Positions 60,694 to 64,000 of a DNA stretch of 64,000 bases are shown here, piece by piece (within the stretch, counting starts at the first letter, position 1; each line of letters opens with the position of its first letter). This DNA is from an uncultured Nitrospiraceae bacterium (lineage in GTDB: Bacteria > Nitrospirota > Thermodesulfovibrionia > Thermodesulfovibrionales > Dissulfurispiraceae). Both the position numbers and the translations under genes were made by a program. The notes beneath the pieces are model-generated. The model had not been told where the DNA came from. It saw only the letters and a list, made by a program, of their open reading frames with translations, and searched no databases. The DNA lies in contig CAVPIW010000014.1 of NCBI GenBank assembly GCA_963705105.1, forward strand, positions 1 through 64,000, read 5' to 3'.

Positions 60694-62637
60694 ATGGGAA
60701 GGAACATCGTTCAGAAGATCTTTGACGCTCACCGTGTTTACGGAGAGCTGACACCGAAGAGTCCCGTCGGGATGGGCGTCGATCAGGTATACACGCAGGA
60801 CGCTACCGGGACCATGACATGGCTCGAATTCGAGGCCATCGGAATAGACCGGGTCAAGGTGCCCCTTGCCGTCTCGTACGTCGATCACAACATGCTCCAG
60901 TCGGATTTCATGAACGCCGACGACCACCTTTTCCTCCAGATGTCGGCGCAGAAGTTCGGCGCCTACTTCTCCAGGCCCGGCAACGGCATATGCCATCAAG
61001 TCCACCTCGAGAGGTTCGCAGCGCCCGGGAAAATCGCCCTCGGCACGGACAGCCACACGCCGACGGGCGGGGGCATGGGCATGATCGCCATCGGTGTCGG
61101 CGGCCTTGAAGCGGCGACGGTGATGGCGGGCTCTCCCTTCGAGCTGACCATGCCCCTCGTCGTCCAGGTCAGGCTGACGGGAAAGCTCAACAGGCCCTGG
61201 GTCACCGCCATGGATGTGATCCTCACGCTCCTGAAGAACCTGACCGTCAAGGGAGGTGTGGGGCGGATTTTCGAATACGGCGGACCGGGTGTGGAAGACC
61301 TCAACGTGACGGAACGGGCGACCATTACGAACATGGGCGCGGAACTGGGAGCGACGACGTCCCTCTTCCCGAGTGACGGCAACACCCGCGCCTATCTCAA
61401 GGCCCAGGGCAGGGAGGGTGACTGGACCGAACTGAAGGCCGATCCCGACGCTGTCTATGACGAGGGCATCGTCCTCGACCTCGGGAGCGTCGAGCCCATG
61501 ATCGCCCAGCCTCACAGCCCCGACAACGTCGTGCCGATCCGCGAGATCGCCGGGCTGAAGGTGAGCCAGGTCTGCATCGGCAGCTGCACCAACTCGTCCT
61601 TTCAGGCGATGAAGGCGGTGGCCTCGGTCCTCAGGGGCCGCACCGTCCCCGGCCAGGTGAACCTCCTGATCAACCCGGGTTCGCGCCAGGTGTACGGGAT
61701 GCTCGCGAGGGAGGGACTGACGGCTGACATGATCGCCGCCGGTGCGCGGTTCCTCGAATCGTCCTGCGGCCCCTGCATCGGCATGGGAGGAGCGCCCGCC
61801 TCGGGACAGATCTCGGTGCGGTCCTACAACAGGAACTTCAAGGGGAGGTCAGGGACGAAAGACGCCTATGTTTACCTGACGAACCCCGTCGCCTGCGCGG
61901 TCATGGCCGTCAGGGGCGAGATTACGGACCCTCGGGACAGCGGCATCGACATCGAGACCGTCAGTGAGCCCGAGACCTTTATCGTCAATGACAACCTGAT
62001 CGTTCCCCCTGCCCCGGACGGAAGCAAAGTCACGGTCGTCAAGGGGCCGAACATCAAGGACGTCCCTGTCAAGGCGGCGATGAAGAACGACATCCAGGCC
62101 GAGGTGATTCTCAAGCTCGGCAGCAATATCACGACCGACGACATCATGCCGGCAGGATCGAAGGTGCTCCCCTTCCGCTCGAACATACCGGCCATATCGG
62201 AGTTCGTCTTCAGAAACGTCGACGAGACCTTCACGAAACGTGCGAAGGACGCGCAGGCAAAGGGAGGCTGCATCGTCGTCGCCGACGACAACTACGGCCA
62301 GGGGTCGTCGAGGGAGCATGCCGCCATCGCGCCCATGTATCTCGGGCTCCAGGCGGTCATCGCCCGGTCCTTTGCGAGAATTCACCGGGCGAACCTCATC
62401 AACTTCGGTGTCCTGCCGCTCCTGTTTACCGGGAAGGAGGATTACAAGAGGATAAAGCAGGGAGACCTCCTCATCATCAGGAACGCCATGATCTCCCTCA
62501 GGGGCAACCAGCAGTTCACCGTCGAAAACGTGACGGGGAAATACACCTTCATCGCCACGTCGAACCTGAACGACCGGGAGAAGGAACTCATTCTCCACGG
62601 CGGTCTTCTGCCCTTCGTGAAGAAGAGCGCGCATTGA
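60694..62637 (+). CDS. Aconitate hydratase (short, about 650-aa type)
   Basis: QDATG, DSHT, GSCTN, CGPCIG, YNRNF, NYGQGSSREHA. Confidence 0.93.
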   Translation: MGRNIVQKIFDAHRVYGELTPKSPVGMGVDQVYTQDATGTMTWLEFEAIGIDRVKVPLAVSYVDHNMLQSDFMNADDHLFLQMSAQKFGAYFSRPGNGICHQVHLERFAAPGKIALGTDSHTPTGGGMGMIAIGVGGLEAATVMAGSPFELTMPLVVQVRLTGKLNRPWVTAMDVILTLLKNLTVKGGVGRIFEYGGPGVEDLNVTERATITNMGAELGATTSLFPSDGNTRAYLKAQGREGDWTELKADPDAVYDEGIVLDLGSVEPMIAQPHSPDNVVPIREIAGLKVSQVCIGSCTNSSFQAMKAVASVLRGRTVPGQVNLLINPGSRQVYGMLAREGLTADMIAAGARFLESSCGPCIGMGGAPASGQISVRSYNRNFKGRSGTKDAYVYLTNPVACAVMAVRGEITDPRDSGIDIETVSEPETFIVNDNLIVPPAPDGSKVTVVKGPNIKDVPVKAAMKNDIQAEVILKLGSNITTDDIMPAGSKVLPFRSNIPAISEFVFRNVDETFTKRAKDAQAKGGCIVVADDNYGQGSSREHAAIAPMYLGLQAVIARSFARIHRANLINFGVLPLLFTGKEDYKRIKQGDLLIIRNAMISLRGNQQFTVENVTGKYTFIATSNLNDREKELILHGGLLPFVKKSAH

Positions 62638-62663
62638 CAAAGAGGCGGAGAACTGATTATATT
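62634..62663 (+). promoter_or_regulatory. Sigma70-type promoter for the tRNA pair
   Basis: TTGACA (62634-62639), 18-bp spacer, TATATT. Confidence 0.6.
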
Positions 62664-62707
62664 TAAAATCTAATTTCGAGGGCTCCGCCCCGCCGGCGGG
62701 ACCCTGC

Positions 62708-62780
62708 GGGCCGCTAGCTCAGCTGGCAGAGCAACGCCCTTTTAAGGCGTGGGTCGTTGGTTCGAATCCAACGCGGCTCA
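62708..62780 (+). tRNA. tRNA-Lys (anticodon TTT)
   Basis: gggccgc/gcggctc acceptor stem, acgcc-ct-ttt-aa-ggcgt anticodon arm, ggttcgaatcc. Confidence 0.96.
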
Positions 62781-62881
62781 TTGATCAAGAAACGGTGAAA
62801 GCGGCAAGTGGCGTATAATGGGGAAACGAGTTTTCGGGTCTTTGCCCGTCACTGTTCACTTGTCACTTCTCACTTATTGAT

Positions 62882-62956
62882 GTCCCCATCGTCTAGTCCG
62901 GCCTAGGACACGGCCCTTTCAAGGCTGTAACACCGGTTCGAATCCGGTTGGGGACG
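62882..62956 (+). tRNA. tRNA-Glu (anticodon TTC)
   Basis: gtcccca/tggggac acceptor stem, cggcc-ct-ttc-aa-ggctg anticodon arm, ggttcgaatcc. Confidence 0.96.
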
Positions 62957-62965
62957 CTCGAACAT

Positions 62966-64000
62966 TCAGGGGGTTGCAGAGATGCAGCCCTTTTCTTTTT
63001 CCATGCTGTGATAATTTTGTGATAGAATCAGCGCCGTCCCCGTGTTGTCAATCGCGTTGAACGCTTCCTTCAGGTCATCCGGCAACAGATGTGCATACCT
63101 CATGGTCATTCTGCTGTCCTTATGTCCCATTGCATGTTGAACGTCAACGAGATTTTTCGTTTTCCTGAGCATCAGGGTTGCAAAGTCATGCCTGAGATCA
63201 TGAAGCCTCAAATTATCCACTCCTGCGCGTCTACAGGCCCGTGTAAAGGCCATTGACACCTTGTGGGGCGTATATGGCCTCCCATGGTCATCACAAAAGA
63301 CATAAGGGCTTACAACCTTCCTGTCTCTCATGAGAGCGAGAAGCGTATCATGGACAATAGAAGTCATGACGATACCGACAGGATCACCGTTCTTCGTCTT
63401 GTCGACAATGAGACGTTTTGAAGCAAAGTCCACCTGTTGAGTTGTCAGGCTAAGCAGGTTCTTCCGCCTCAATCCCGTCTGACATGCCGTTATAACAATC
63501 GGCTTTAGCCATCCGGGAATCGTGAATCGCAGTCTCTCGGCCTCTTCCGGCAGCACATATCGGACTCTTCTTTCTTCCTGAGGGAGAGATTTCATGATCT
63601 TCCTCACAGGGTTTTCTTTGCACATCTCCCATTCATCAATCGCGATATTGAAGATCTGCCGAAGCAAAGAAAGCTCCTTCTTCACAGTGTCCGGTAAAAC
63701 AGTCCTGCCTCTCTTGGTGACCGTCCGAAGTCTTTCAGATTTGTACCTGCTCAGAAGAGGCGCTTGCACTTCGTCGAGCAGAGTGTCACCGAAAAAGAGT
63801 TTGAAATGTTTCACAATGTGCAGGTTTCTTTCATGGCTTGCCGGTCTGAGCGGCGATACCTCAGTCATGAATCTTTCTAAGACCTCTACCATGCTGATAC
63901 TGACAGGTCTGTCGAAGAACCTGCCTTCCTCGATATCCGCCATTGTCTTGACGTATATCCTTTCAGCGAGCCTCTTGTTCTGTGTTCCGGTGCTCTTCCG
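62966..64000 (-). CDS. Tyrosine recombinase/integrase, 5' end beyond the window
   Basis: TGLRR, TKNG, HDLRH, MGH, TMRYAH catalytic set; frame open to the window edge; ends 10 bp from tRNA-Glu. Confidence 0.93.
   Translation of the reverse strand, partial: RKSTGTQNKRLAERIYVKTMADIEEGRFFDRPVSISMVEVLERFMTEVSPLRPASHERNLHIVKHFKLFFGDTLLDEVQAPLLSRYKSERLRTVTKRGRTVLPDTVKKELSLLRQIFNIAIDEWEMCKENPVRKIMKSLPQEERRVRYVLPEEAERLRFTIPGWLKPIVITACQTGLRRKNLLSLTTQQVDFASKRLIVDKTKNGDPVGIVMTSIVHDTLLALMRDRKVVSPYVFCDDHGRPYTPHKVSMAFTRACRRAGVDNLRLHDLRHDFATLMLRKTKNLVDVQHAMGHKDSRMTMRYAHLLPDDLKEAFNAIDNTGTALILSQNYHSMEKEKGCISATP

Noticed and set aside
31481..62640. Long antisense ORFs such as 31481-32830, 39150-40562, 54648-56003, 58838-59920 and 61849-62640
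   Set aside because: Shadows of well-supported genes on the opposite strand in GC-rich DNA
1..64000. CRISPR array or cas genes
   Set aside because: No regularly spaced short repeats with unique spacers; the repeats found are dispersed 100-400 bp palindromes

Overview
GC-rich bacterial chromosome segment, probably from an anaerobic Gram-negative lineage such as Nitrospirota/Thermodesulfovibrionia or Desulfobacterota (inferred from gene content only). Left to right: (1) an IS3-family element inserted into a non-coding palindromic repeat, then tRNA-Leu; (2) an accessory/defence-like stretch with HicAB, an atypical P-type ATPase, pgk, three AAA_14/DUF4143-type ATPase genes, a lipoprotein serpin, a 14-repeat secreted propeller protein, an MmeI-like type IIL restriction-modification ORF running into a double-CPCC protein, MerR plus VIT-vWA, VapBC, methyltransferase plus NUDIX and a decayed two-component system; (3) a minus-strand respiratory cluster of about 14 kb: a secreted protein, a 1295-aa pentaheme cytochrome with five FnIII-like domains, Tat-exported type II DMSO-reductase-family (periplasmic NarG-like) alpha/beta/gamma subunits, chaperone, tatA, Moco genes and a cytochrome P460/c'-beta protein; (4) patatin-POTRA, ChaN, an OFA-family transporter with a sigma54-type promoter, intact core genes (dapA, dapF, lysA, aconitase), tRNA-Lys, tRNA-Glu and a tyrosine integrase at the edge of an integrated element. 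About a dozen copies or fragments of three modular, self-complementary non-coding repeat families occupy intergenic gaps; they nest, form chimeras and show within-copy compensatory changes. Many accessory genes carry point lesions while core genes are intact. No CRISPR array or rRNA was seen. All family assignments come from motif recognition, not database searches.
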